IMG/VR virus record: IMGVR_UViG_3300042196_000028
Span: 1-48,833 of that record
Direction: 5' to 3' (one strand)
Origin: a virus
Taxonomy: Duplodnaviria > Caudoviricetes
Length of the DNA stretch: 48,833 nucleotides
The position numbers and the translations under genes were made by a program. This document shows positions 36,716 to 45,233 of the stretch, piece by piece. Position 1 is the first letter of the stretch. Every line of letters begins with the position of its first letter. The notes beneath the pieces are model-generated. The model did no database searches. It was given only the letters and a program-made list of their open reading frames with translations, and had not been told where the DNA came from.

Positions 36716-36937
36716 ATGACCGAAGGCAGATTTGCTTATCTCTGTATCTGGGCGAACAGGATCGAGGGCGAAGTCTATCGCAACTCGCAAGAACTGTATC
36801 ACCTGAGCGATATGGATTTTCGCACCATGCCGGAAGGTGATCTTGCGCGCGCTGAAAAGCAGTTGCGCGATCTGGCCGATTACTTCCGAAAGAAGCTGGA
36901 CGAAATCGAAACGGCTAGGGCGAAGCGTGCGGCATGA
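36716..36937 (+). CDS. Hypothetical protein
   Basis: AAGGAG RBS; helical. Confidence 0.55.
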   Translation: MTEGRFAYLCIWANRIEGEVYRNSQELYHLSDMDFRTMPEGDLARAEKQLRDLADYFRKKLDEIETARAKRAA

Positions 36938-37179
36938 ATACGTCCTGCGAGACTTGCGACCACGTCCACATGGATACGCGCAAGCAACACCCGCGCCAGT
37001 GGTTGTGCGTCAAGTTCAAGCGATTGGAGAATTTCTCGCCCGTAGCACCGCAAACATGGGTGACGATGGAGCCTTATAACCGATGCGTCTCGATCAATGT
37101 CGGACACTGTCCATTGTGGACGGCAAGACGCGACGGGCAAATGCAAATGGACACTTCAACTGGCACCAAAGGAAAATGA
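36934..37179 (+). CDS. Cys-rich small protein
   Basis: CETC..C..C..C; ATGA coupling. Confidence 0.6.
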   Translation: MNTSCETCDHVHMDTRKQHPRQWLCVKFKRLENFSPVAPQTWVTMEPYNRCVSINVGHCPLWTARRDGQMQMDTSTGTKGK

Positions 37180-37180
37180 A

Positions 37181-37609
37181 ATGAAAGTCTCAGAAGAATT
37201 TCCTAGCAAGTATATCTCTGCCGCCGATCTTAAAGGCAATACAGTCTTTGTCACCATTAGCAGCGTAGACAAGGAAAAGATTGGCGACGATGACAAGTTG
37301 ATCGTCTATTTCCAAGGTAAGCAGAAGGGACTCGCGCTCAATAAAACAAACGCCTTCACAATCGCGCAAGCCTATGGAGACGAGACGAACGATTGGCGTG
37401 GCGGCGAACTCGAACTGTTCCCCATCATGACCGACTACAAAGGCAAGACTGTGGAGGCCGTTCGCCTTCGCATCCCTGCCCGTCGCCCGGCGCAAGGGCA
37501 GAAGCCGTCAGCCGCAGCGCAAGTTGGTTTCGACGAAGAAAACCCCGCGCCGCCGCCTGCACGCAGTTCAACAAAAGACGCAATGCCCGACGACGAGATT
37601 CCGTTCTGA
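37181..37609 (+). CDS. Phage ssDNA-binding/recombination-associated protein
   Basis: FPSKYISAADL, LNKTNA..YGDET..W.G; acidic DDEIPF C-terminal tail typical of SSBs. Confidence 0.7.
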   Translation: MKVSEEFPSKYISAADLKGNTVFVTISSVDKEKIGDDDKLIVYFQGKQKGLALNKTNAFTIAQAYGDETNDWRGGELELFPIMTDYKGKTVEAVRLRIPARRPAQGQKPSAAAQVGFDEENPAPPPARSSTKDAMPDDEIPF

Positions 37610-37618
37610 GGATCAACC

Positions 37619-38095
37619 ATGACCGACGCGCTCCCGATTGAAGTTCGCAAGATAGCGTACCGACAATCAGCTAAAGACGGACTTGTCATTACGTTTTCTG
37701 TGCATCCGAACGATATGCCCGCCGCATTGGCAGCGGCTCCAATCGGGGCGCGGTTCATGGCTGCGCTTGTTGAAATCAATGATGATGAAACGCCAAAGGA
37801 ACAGCCCTCGCCGTCGAGAGACAGTAACAGTACGGCGGCGGGGGTGAAGCAATATAGCTTACCGCAGCGGGTAGCCATGACATGCAATGAACCGGCGTTC
37901 TGTAAATTCGTTACCACGGAAATTGCCGGGTTTAGTGAGCGCGACACAGTTATGACACCAGACGAGGCGGCGGTGTACGTCCGCGCGCATTGCCTTGTCA
38001 CTTCCCGTTCCGAAATCCTCCCCGGCACAGAAGCAGCCAAGCGTTGGGATGAATTGAGCGGAAAATACGAAGGCTGGAAAAGGGGGATGGAATGA
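37619..38095 (+). CDS. Hypothetical protein
   Basis: GARFMAALVEI..C.EP.F..C.V.SRSE pattern. Confidence 0.65.
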   Translation: MTDALPIEVRKIAYRQSAKDGLVITFSVHPNDMPAALAAAPIGARFMAALVEINDDETPKEQPSPSRDSNSTAAGVKQYSLPQRVAMTCNEPAFCKFVTTEIAGFSERDTVMTPDEAAVYVRAHCLVTSRSEILPGTEAAKRWDELSGKYEGWKRGME

Positions 38096-38239
38096 AGATG
38101 GTCAATCAAAATAAGATTGCAATGCAACGCGCACGCGATCTCGTCAAGCACGCCAAGAAAACAGCAAAAAGCTGTGCCACCTTTGAGCGCGCCGTCACTA
38201 CAATCATCTGTTCCTTCATTCTTGACGAGCAAAATAATA

Positions 38240-38479
38240 ATGACCAGCAATAGCATTCACAACCCCTTCTCGCATCTATCAGATGCCGAGCTTGCCGCGC
38301 AAATCGATCTAGCGCGAACGCGTGCTCATAGAGCGCCAAAAGAAATGTACGTGGAGGCTACCGGAGGTCTTTCGCTGCGCCCAATGGGTGGAACGTTTGC
38401 CATCCGATCCAAAGAATACTTTGCGCTTCTATCCGAACACAAGAAACGTGCCGCCATTAAAGAAGCGGAGGCGGAATAG
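38240..38479 (+). CDS. Hypothetical protein
   Basis: Probable start MTSNS; abuts the HNH gene. Confidence 0.45.
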   Translation: MTSNSIHNPFSHLSDAELAAQIDLARTRAHRAPKEMYVEATGGLSLRPMGGTFAIRSKEYFALLSEHKKRAAIKEAEAE

Positions 38480-38860
38480 ATGCGCGCTGTCCCCGAATGG
38501 ATTGGCAAGCATGACGATCAGGCCGTCCCGCCGCGCGTTCGCTTGCGCGTATTCGAGCGGTACGAAGGCCGCTGCTATCTGTCAGGCCGCAAGATTATGC
38601 CGGGGGACGCCTGGGACTTGGAGCACATCAAGTCATTGTCGCTTGGCGGCGAACATCGCGAGAGCAATTTCGCCCCTGCCCTGAAAGCACCGCACAAGGT
38701 CAAGAGCGCACAAGAACGTAGCTTGCAAGCGAAGTCAGATCGCATTCGCAAGCGACATTTAGGAATCAAACCCCGCAAGGGCAGGCCCATGCCGGGCGCG
38801 CGGGGTTCAGGAATCAGAAAGCCGATGGGCGGGCCCGCCTATCGTGATCCGAATTGGTGA
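38480..38860 (+). CDS. HNH endonuclease
   Basis: DLEHIKSL..GGEHRESN..PHKVKS. Confidence 0.8.
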   Translation: MRAVPEWIGKHDDQAVPPRVRLRVFERYEGRCYLSGRKIMPGDAWDLEHIKSLSLGGEHRESNFAPALKAPHKVKSAQERSLQAKSDRIRKRHLGIKPRKGRPMPGARGSGIRKPMGGPAYRDPNW

Positions 38861-38865
38861 ACATC

Positions 38866-39171
38866 ATGGAACAGATAACGGCCTACAAAACTAGCCAAGG
38901 GCGTATTTTTGAAACCGAGCACGAAGCCAGACGCCATGAGTTTATCATGCTTATGAAATTCACGTCCGGCGCTCTCCCTAGTCGTCGCTGTGAATCGTTT
39001 TGTGATGCGCTTGAAAACTTAGCGAGCGAAATCTCTAGCGGGATTTACCCGGATGCCGCAAACCGCCTCGCTAAGGCCGTCGAATATTTCAACGAACACC
39101 GCAGCACGATAGAGCACACGGCACGGCGGAACCGTACTGAATCACGCCAGCACAATGCAGAGAGGGAATAG
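38866..39171 (+). CDS. Hypothetical protein
   Basis: AYKTSQGRIFETE.EA motif; its stop lies within GAATAGTCC. Confidence 0.6.
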   Translation: MEQITAYKTSQGRIFETEHEARRHEFIMLMKFTSGALPSRRCESFCDALENLASEISSGIYPDAANRLAKAVEYFNEHRSTIEHTARRNRTESRQHNAERE

Positions 39172-39176
39172 TCCCA

Positions 39177-40124
39177 ATGGATAACAAAAACAAATTACAT
39201 ACGTCTGCCCCCGACACCCCCGCAGGGGAGGTGGATGCTCGGAGCAGATGCCTAATAGAATATCTCAGCCACATCGCAGAATACGTTAAAGCGCGCCGTC
39301 AGAATCTTTCGGCACAAGAGATAATCGACGGTGTGCGCCTTGAACCAGATCATTTCCTGCAATTATTTGACATTGCTCGCGCTGCCCTAGCCGCCTCCCC
39401 CGAACCCGTAGGGGGAAAATGGACAGAGGACGGCGCTGTTGCTCTCGCTGGAGCAATCAACGACGAACTTTGCGAGCTGTACGATGAGGGCATTCACGAG
39501 TCCCGCGCCATTGCTTCGCGGGTCGCTGTTTCAAAAAAAGTTCGTTCCATCATCGCGCGTCACGCCCCACCAGCCGCACCCGTAGGGCCTGAGGAATATC
39601 GCCTGACGCCGGACGGCCCGCCAATGTCTCGCGAGAGTTTTTTGCGGCTGACTATCCGCAAGCCCGCACCCGTAGGATTCAAGCTCGATATATCTCGTGA
39701 GTGGTGCATGAACGCCGCAGAACGGGAGGGTGACAGCGAAATTGGAGCAGGTGCTCTTGCATCTGACGACCCGAGAATGTGGCCCGCACCCGTAGCGGGT
39801 GACTGGATGAAAGAGGTGGCGCAAGAAATATCTTTCGCGATTGATCGCGCTCACGGCTTTGAGCCTGACAAGGAGCGTCCACTGATAGCTGAGTTTGTAG
39901 AAATGATCGCCCGTCACGCCCCACCCGCTGACGCATTGGTGGAGGCTTTGGAGGCTGTACGGGGTGATTACATCGAGGCTGGTCGCCAGATCGAAATAGA
40001 AAAAAGGTCAGCTTCAACGCCCAGATTGCGGGAACTTGAAGTTCGCGAGGGGTTAATCCGTCCCCGACTTGAACAGATCGACACCGCCCTCGCATCAAAG
40101 GCAGGTGGGGAGGGGAAGTCGTGA
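39177..40124 (+). CDS. Mosaic early protein with repeated PAPV linkers
   Basis: Four (C/G)CCG(A/C)ACCCGTAG repeats and two IARHAPP repeats. Confidence 0.65.
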   Translation: MDNKNKLHTSAPDTPAGEVDARSRCLIEYLSHIAEYVKARRQNLSAQEIIDGVRLEPDHFLQLFDIARAALAASPEPVGGKWTEDGAVALAGAINDELCELYDEGIHESRAIASRVAVSKKVRSIIARHAPPAAPVGPEEYRLTPDGPPMSRESFLRLTIRKPAPVGFKLDISREWCMNAAEREGDSEIGAGALASDDPRMWPAPVAGDWMKEVAQEISFAIDRAHGFEPDKERPLIAEFVEMIARHAPPADALVEALEAVRGDYIEAGRQIEIEKRSASTPRLRELEVREGLIRPRLEQIDTALASKAGGEGKS

Positions 40125-40324
40125 GCGGGTATCTCTGCCGAATTTGCAAAAAGCGAGAAGTGGAAGTGATCGACGACTGGGAGTCGGACAACTGCCGCGA
40201 CTGCAACGACCGCCTGATTGAGCGCAACAACGCTCGGGCCGAATGGGACGCTTATCACGATGAGCCTTGCCCGGAAATTGAATTGCCGCCGATGCCCGTA
40301 CAGGTGAACGAAGGGAGTAAGTGA
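40121..40324 (+). CDS. Zn-finger-like small protein
   Basis: CxxC..CxxC. Confidence 0.55.
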   Translation: MSGYLCRICKKREVEVIDDWESDNCRDCNDRLIERNNARAEWDAYHDEPCPEIELPPMPVQVNEGSK

Positions 40325-40545
40325 TGGCGAAGCGCGACATATATCAGTTCACCGTCACACTGCGCGCCACGCGCTACACAGCGAACAAGGTGTTGGAGCA
40401 ATTCATTGACCGTTTCGAGGAAGACATGATCGAGCGTTCGATGGAAAGCGGGAACTGGATAGTGCCGGAGTTTTCCATGAGCGTTTCGACATTGCGTAAA
40501 TGCAAGCCCGCCACTCCATCCCCCGTAGAAGGTGATGGGAAGTAA
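40321..40545 (+). CDS. Hypothetical protein
   Basis: Coupled ORF, GGGAG RBS. Confidence 0.55.
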   Translation: MMAKRDIYQFTVTLRATRYTANKVLEQFIDRFEEDMIERSMESGNWIVPEFSMSVSTLRKCKPATPSPVEGDGK

Positions 40546-40549
40546 TATG

Positions 40550-40958
40550 GGACTATTATCTCATACAATGTGAACCGTGATTCAGTACGTAACCGCAGAA
40601 CAAGGTGATTGGAGAAGGAAGAATGAAGCTGCACCCGAATGATCAAGAAACCCTTGATGGCGTAGCGCGTGCACAATGCGGTGATACGGGAAGGCACGAA
40701 TATTCAATGTGTGCAGTCTGCGGCGAACTTGATTGGCGCAGCACATCGAAAAACGCACCGTTTGAGGTCGCGCTTTCCATCAACGATCCGAGACAATGTA
40801 GTCGCTGCACTGAAGCGTACCAGCGCAATCCAGAGTTCTATAATTGGATATTAAATGTGCTCGGCAACATGGAACGAAGAAAACGCGCGGAAGAATACGC
40901 GGCCAGCACGGCGGTTAAGGGCTGAAGGAAAGCAAACTTGTCGGAGAGATCATAGTCC
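40550..40958 (+). mobile_element. GGACTA..TAGTCC-bounded cassette 3
   Basis: GGGACTAT..ATAGTCCC 8-bp inverted ends; 73 nt to ATG; 3' end of the leader resembles cassette 2. Confidence 0.5.
40623..40925 (+). CDS. Zn-binding hypothetical protein
   Basis: CAVC and CSRC. Confidence 0.6.
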   Translation: MKLHPNDQETLDGVARAQCGDTGRHEYSMCAVCGELDWRSTSKNAPFEVALSINDPRQCSRCTEAYQRNPEFYNWILNVLGNMERRKRAEEYAASTAVKG

Positions 40959-40999
40959 CCATGCGCCGCCCCTCCCTACTGACGCAGGCTGAGGTTTGA

Positions 41000-41386
41000 A
41001 TGACCGCGCCCCTGAAAATGCAAGAAGCGGCTGTTGCGCTCGGCATTTGTCGCCGCAATCTACAGAAGCTTGTTCAGCGGCACCCCTTCTACTATCCGAA
41101 CGGCAATCGTAAGCTATTCACGCCAGACGATATCGAGGCCCTGAGGGCCGCCATGCGGCAGGAGGCTACATGCTCAAGCTCAACCCGCCGAACCCGAAAA
41201 GGCGCACGCCGTTCTACACCGTCACAGGGACGTACCTTGGAGTCAGACTTGACCGTAGCACGAAAACTGATTCGGAGAGAATTGCCAAGCAAGTCTTCAA
41301 GCGATGGAAACGGGAAATCGAACGTGGTGAATATGTTGGACCGCGTGAGCGCCGCGAAGCCGAGCCCGAGCCGAACGGCCCGCTGA
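41000..41386 (+). CDS. xis: Excisionase-like HTH protein (C-terminus overlaps int)
   Basis: EAAVALGICRRNL..LFTPDDI, MerR/Xis-type; directly before int. Confidence 0.7.
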   Translation: MTAPLKMQEAAVALGICRRNLQKLVQRHPFYYPNGNRKLFTPDDIEALRAAMRQEATCSSSTRRTRKGARRSTPSQGRTLESDLTVARKLIRRELPSKSSSDGNGKSNVVNMLDRVSAAKPSPSRTAR

Positions 41387-42201
41387 CATTCGTGGCCGCA
41401 GCCATCGCCTATATGAACGCCGGGGGAGAGCGCCGCTTCCTGCAACCGGCCATAGACCAGCTAGGACCGAAATTGCTGACAAACATCGACCAGGCGACGA
41501 TAGACGCAGCGGCGGTCAAAGCCTTCCCGCGCGGCGCGGCCTCCTATCGCAACCGGAATTTCTATACGCCGGTTTCCGCCGTGATGAAGCATGTGGGGGT
41601 TGAACGAAAGATCAGGCGACCGAAGGGCCATAAGGGCACCAAGCGCACCTTCTGGCTTGAACCGGAGCCGACGCACCGCCTGTTGAACGCAGCCTATGAG
41701 GACGATCCAGAGTTCGGGATTTTCGGCATTGTGCTGAACTACACCGGAGTTAGGACAAGCGAAAACCTGAACCTTCAATGCGAGGGATTAATCCTTGATC
41801 GCGAAATGGCCTATGTGCCGGACACGAAAACAGGCGAGCCAAGGGCCGTCTATCTGCCGCCCATCGTGATCGAGGCTTTGAGGCTGCACCCACTCGGGCT
41901 GGACAGGACCGGACGGCTTTGGAGCTTCCGCTACAGCACGGCGCTCAATCGGCTCAAGGAGGCGTGCAAGAAGGTGGGTATCGTTTTGCCAAGGCGTACC
42001 GGGCTTCACGTCTTCCGGCATAACTACGGAACGTGGATGAGGATTTATGGGGGTTTGGATGGGATTGGTTTAGTACGCACGCGAGTATGGGCCGACCTGG
42101 AATCGGTCGAGCGGTATTCGCACAGCGAGCCGACAAGCGAGGCGCGGAGAGCGAGCGTGCTACCTGCGGACTTCTCATGGACTCGGAAGCAGGCGGGATG
42201 A
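41170..42201 (+). CDS. int: Tyrosine integrase
   Basis: TGVRTSE (R), TKTG (K), HVFRH (HxxR), W, RYSH (Y). Confidence 0.93.
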   Translation: MLKLNPPNPKRRTPFYTVTGTYLGVRLDRSTKTDSERIAKQVFKRWKREIERGEYVGPRERREAEPEPNGPLTFVAAAIAYMNAGGERRFLQPAIDQLGPKLLTNIDQATIDAAAVKAFPRGAASYRNRNFYTPVSAVMKHVGVERKIRRPKGHKGTKRTFWLEPEPTHRLLNAAYEDDPEFGIFGIVLNYTGVRTSENLNLQCEGLILDREMAYVPDTKTGEPRAVYLPPIVIEALRLHPLGLDRTGRLWSFRYSTALNRLKEACKKVGIVLPRRTGLHVFRHNYGTWMRIYGGLDGIGLVRTRVWADLESVERYSHSEPTSEARRASVLPADFSWTRKQAG

Positions 42202-42382
42202 AAAATGTTTAGAATCAACGCTGGTATAGAACCTCCCCGGGGGAATCTCGATCTCCTTATTATCACAGAAATGCTTGTGTCACATGTGGTTGACTTGTTG
42301 CGATCCCGGCACAAAGAGGAAACATTCGGCATGGTTTGGCACTATTTGGAACGGACTTTCGACGGACTTTGGACGGCGTTTG
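42166..42382. other. Candidate attP-like attachment region
   Basis: 11-bp-spaced arm-like repeats CGGACTT/TGGACTC (42167, 42178) and CGGACTT/CGGACTT/CGGCGTT (42352, 42363, 42374) flanking an AT-richer centre. Confidence 0.55.
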
Positions 42383-42429
42383 TTCTGCCCTACCCCCATC
42401 GTCTGCCCGCCCTATGAGAGAAGGATTAT

Positions 42430-42693
42430 ATGACTATGACAGCTTCTAATCGTGAACCCGCCTTCAGTACGTTAGCGCCTGAACAAGGTGCAAAGTACAC
42501 CGCTGCCGAACTTCGCGCGTTCGACAAACTCTCCGCAAGGCTCAGCAGTCACAACCAAGCAACTAGGATCGAGGCGCGGTTTAAGATGCGGGATTTTGTA
42601 GAACAACACGGCAAGGACAAATGCGATGCAATGTTTGCTGAAGTTATGAGGCGCGACAACATTCGACGGAAAGGCACAACGCCCAAGTACTGA
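42430..42693 (+). CDS. Hypothetical protein
   Basis: AAGGA RBS; TGACTA at the start and GCTGCTAGTCC just downstream. Confidence 0.6.
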   Translation: MTMTASNREPAFSTLAPEQGAKYTAAELRAFDKLSARLSSHNQATRIEARFKMRDFVEQHGKDKCDAMFAEVMRRDNIRRKGTTPKY

Positions 42694-42741
42694 AGGCGCG
42701 AAGCCAGAATAAATGGGCTGCTAGTCCAATGATCTTACTCA

Positions 42742-42951
42742 GTGCATGGAGCGATGAAGATGGGCAGAGGCAATGACCAAGATTTTATCGACGAGCATCG
42801 GCTGTTTATTGCTATCGCGGAAGCCTGTCACCGCAAAGAAAAGCCGTCCTACTCATGGCACATTCTTGACTGGATGAGTTGGAAGCTGCGCCGCAAATAT
42901 CCGCTTGTGCGGAAGTGTGACAGCATTATCAGCATTGATGGTTGCTGCTAA
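42742..42951 (+). CDS. Hypothetical protein
   Basis: Short ORF, start uncertain. Confidence 0.35.
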   Translation: MHGAMKMGRGNDQDFIDEHRLFIAIAEACHRKEKPSYSWHILDWMSWKLRRKYPLVRKCDSIISIDGCC

Positions 42952-42997
42952 TCCTTGACCCATAAGGCTTTGCGCTAGGAGAGAAGGAGAAGCGAAG

Positions 42998-43252
42998 ATG
43001 GACGAGACAGAAAAGACAACCCTAGAAATCAGGCATCAAGTTTTTCTAGACGGGCCGGATTATATTGTTCGGGAGCAATTCGGCAACTGCGCGAAGGCAG
43101 AGTTTCGTTGCCCAGACCGCGCGACTGCGGATGCCCTTATTGAAGAACGGCGCACAATGCTGACAGAAATGGTAGCCGCAGTTTCAGACAAGGCGCGGAA
43201 GGCAGTTGTTGAGGCTCGCTATATCGACAACCTAAAGGCGGGACACGGCTAA
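42998..43252 (+). CDS. Hypothetical protein
   Basis: Strong purine-rich RBS. Confidence 0.6.
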   Translation: MDETEKTTLEIRHQVFLDGPDYIVREQFGNCAKAEFRCPDRATADALIEERRTMLTEMVAAVSDKARKAVVEARYIDNLKAGHG

Positions 43253-43292
43253 CCCCTCAATTCCTCAATCTTCTTCTGCGTCAGGGGCACGA

Positions 43293-43772
43293 TCATTTCG
43301 GCGCTTCGTGAATATGAAACTCAATCGGCGGGCTCTTGATCTCAAACGGCACAAAGAACCGCGTCCACCCGCATAGATACTCAATGGTCGAATAATATGT
43401 TGCCGGGCCCAATGGCCACTTGGGAGAAATATTCCGTTTGGAAAACCAGCGATCATATCCGGTCGTCCGGCTGAATTGATACGACTCGCCCAAATCTCGT
43501 TGCACCTGTCCGGCAGAATCCCTGATCTCCCACGTAACCCGCGCGGGACAATCGCGATAGCGGGGAGCCGTCCATTCAATGGTAAGCCCCGTCAGGTGTG
43601 TCACGTCATGCGGGCGGGCGATTCCCTTGAGTGTACTTTCGTCGATTACCGGCCTGCGGTCGTGAAGAATTAGCGCCCATCCCGACAGCACCAAGGCTAG
43701 TCCGATCGCAAACGTGCCAAGCCATGACTGCGCTATGTTTGCGGCCCTGACTGTATTCGATCTCAGAATCAT
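43293..43772 (-). CDS. Membrane-anchored protein of lysis cassette B
   Basis: N-terminal TM, two Cys, beta-rich exported domain. Confidence 0.6.
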   Translation of the reverse strand: MILRSNTVRAANIAQSWLGTFAIGLALVLSGWALILHDRRPVIDESTLKGIARPHDVTHLTGLTIEWTAPRYRDCPARVTWEIRDSAGQVQRDLGESYQFSRTTGYDRWFSKRNISPKWPLGPATYYSTIEYLCGWTRFFVPFEIKSPPIEFHIHEAPK

Positions 43773-43774
43773 CC

Positions 43775-44029
43775 CTACGGTCCCTTACCGAAAAAACCCA
43801 TAATGATGTCCTTGGCGGCGTAGGTAGCGGAGGCAAGCGTCGTAATGGCAACGGCTAATCGGAAGAAAAGTTTCTTGAACCAGCCCCACTTTTGCCAACT
43901 GTCCGCCAGCTTAAACACCGACTCGAAATCCTTTTCGTGGCGCACAAGAAACCGTGCCAAACGGCGCAATTGCTGGACTTCATCGTCCTGCAACGGACCA
44001 AGGCGTAGCGGATCAATATTTCCGTTCAT
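43775..44029 (-). CDS. Small C-terminal-TM protein (holin/hemolysin-like)
   Basis: Single C-terminal hydrophobic helix. Confidence 0.5.
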   Translation of the reverse strand: MNGNIDPLRLGPLQDDEVQQLRRLARFLVRHEKDFESVFKLADSWQKWGWFKKLFFRLAVAITTLASATYAAKDIIMGFFGKGP

Positions 44030-44044
44030 ATTCAGCCTCTTGCA

Positions 44045-44165
44045 GAGTCTCGCAGAAGGCCCGGTTCCGTGCTTGGATTAGGTGCCATCGCGAGACCTCT
44101 TTCTCGTGTTGGCCGGGCGGCTAATACCGTCCGGGGGCGGCGGGTGTGCTACCATCCGCTGCCCT
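44045..44165. ncRNA. Candidate structured RNA in lysis cassette B
   Basis: Three stems: 44047-53/44090-96, 44113-20/44127-34, 44135-46/44153-64. Confidence 0.4.
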
Positions 44166-44170
44166 GCTCC

Positions 44171-44716
44171 TTACGCACCTGCTACAAGCCTACGCGCCAA
44201 AGCGGCAATGCGAAGGTGAGACTCAACCGATTCTTCTAGGTTGGTATGGCTATAGGGAACGACGATGCTTTCGGTAATCGTCCCGTCTGGATTGCTTCTC
44301 GGCGCAAACGGGTTTTCGGCTTCGTAGGTTCCGCCGCCCAGACCGAAGCCGGGGATCGTCCAGTCCACGGCCTTACGCACGTTCGGCGGAATGGTAGTGT
44401 TGCGATATTGGCTCGCGTCCGCCGCCAGGTTCTCAGCCGGGTCGAACCCATAAATGCAGGCGATGATGCGCTTCACGCGCCGCGCCCATTCCGGCGCAAC
44501 AGATGCCCCGAGAGAATGCCCGACCTGAAGAATATCGGTATGTTCCGGCAGCGCGCGGGCTTCCGCTGCCATGAGATCGTATTCTTTGAACGATCCGGTG
44601 CGGACAGAAACACCTTCCATCCGCATTAGCCGGTTCGCAAGGCCATAGATAACACCGTCCGAAAACTCATGGCCGAGCCCGGACATGATGAAAACGTGAC
44701 AGCTCATCGTCGGCAC
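44171..44716 (-). CDS. Alpha/beta-hydrolase (lipase/esterase-like)
   Basis: GHSLG nucleophile elbow, FDP, and a C-terminal His. Confidence 0.75.
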   Translation of the reverse strand: MPTMSCHVFIMSGLGHEFSDGVIYGLANRLMRMEGVSVRTGSFKEYDLMAAEARALPEHTDILQVGHSLGASVAPEWARRVKRIIACIYGFDPAENLAADASQYRNTTIPPNVRKAVDWTIPGFGLGGGTYEAENPFAPRSNPDGTITESIVVPYSHTNLEESVESHLRIAALARRLVAGA

Positions 44717-45000
44717 TCCAAGGCTTCGATCTTTGTTGTATTGACGCGGACCAATGAGATATTCGCGGAAGTGTCAGCCTTCGCACATACGGATTGAGAA
44801 GCCGCACGAATGTCGTCCGCCTGATTCCTCTGCGTACAAGTACGGCGGATGTCGCAACAGTCTCGATAGCCGTCATACTCGGCCTTGTTCACGATGCACG
44901 CGCCAGCCAAGTCGTTACTGATCTTCGTAACCGGCGCTTGACCGCCCCCACAGGACGCGACAACAAGCGCAAGCGCCAGAATAAGCAGCGCACGTTTCAT
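44704..45000 (-). CDS. Lipoprotein (spanin-like)
   Basis: Lipobox VASC. Confidence 0.6.
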   Translation of the reverse strand: MKRALLILALALVVASCGGGQAPVTKISNDLAGACIVNKAEYDGYRDCCDIRRTCTQRNQADDIRAASQSVCAKADTSANISLVRVNTTKIEALECRR

Positions 45001-45002
45001 GC

Positions 45003-45233
45003 TCAGTCCTTTGGATCAAGGCGGGAGTCGAATGTCTTGCGCCCGGTTTCAGTCCAGCCCTCGGCGTCTTTCTTTTCCTCAGGGCGAGGCGTAGTGAAAA
45101 ACTTGGCAAGAAAACCGAGGACCTTTTTGATCCACGGTTTTTCAAGCCAAGGTTTTATCTTCTTGTAGAGCGCGAGGGCTTTGAGGATGGTCACTTTGCG
45201 CTCAGAGGAACGGTCGTGACCTTGCGCAGCCAT
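45003..45233 (-). CDS. Hypothetical basic protein
   Basis: Fills the gap between lysis genes; start uncertain. Confidence 0.4.
   Translation of the reverse strand: MAAQGHDRSSERKVTILKALALYKKIKPWLEKPWIKKVLGFLAKFFTTPRPEEKKDAEGWTETGRKTFDSRLDPKD

Larger units (their letters stand above)
1..42400. mobile_element. Temperate podovirus-like prophage/phage genome A (left end outside window)
   Basis: Ordered lysis-tail-head-packaging (minus), cro/cI switch, early operon and xis/int (plus); no tape measure or sheath gene; ejection-protein-type genes present. Confidence 0.92.

Noticed and set aside
33628-40958. Classical IS/MITE explanation for the GGACTA cassettes
   Set aside because: No transposase in the window and no target-site duplications visible at any of the three units
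42205-42417. 70-aa ORF or tRNA after the integrase
   Set aside because: The ORF lacks features and overlaps att-like repeats; no cloverleaf or T-loop consensus recognised
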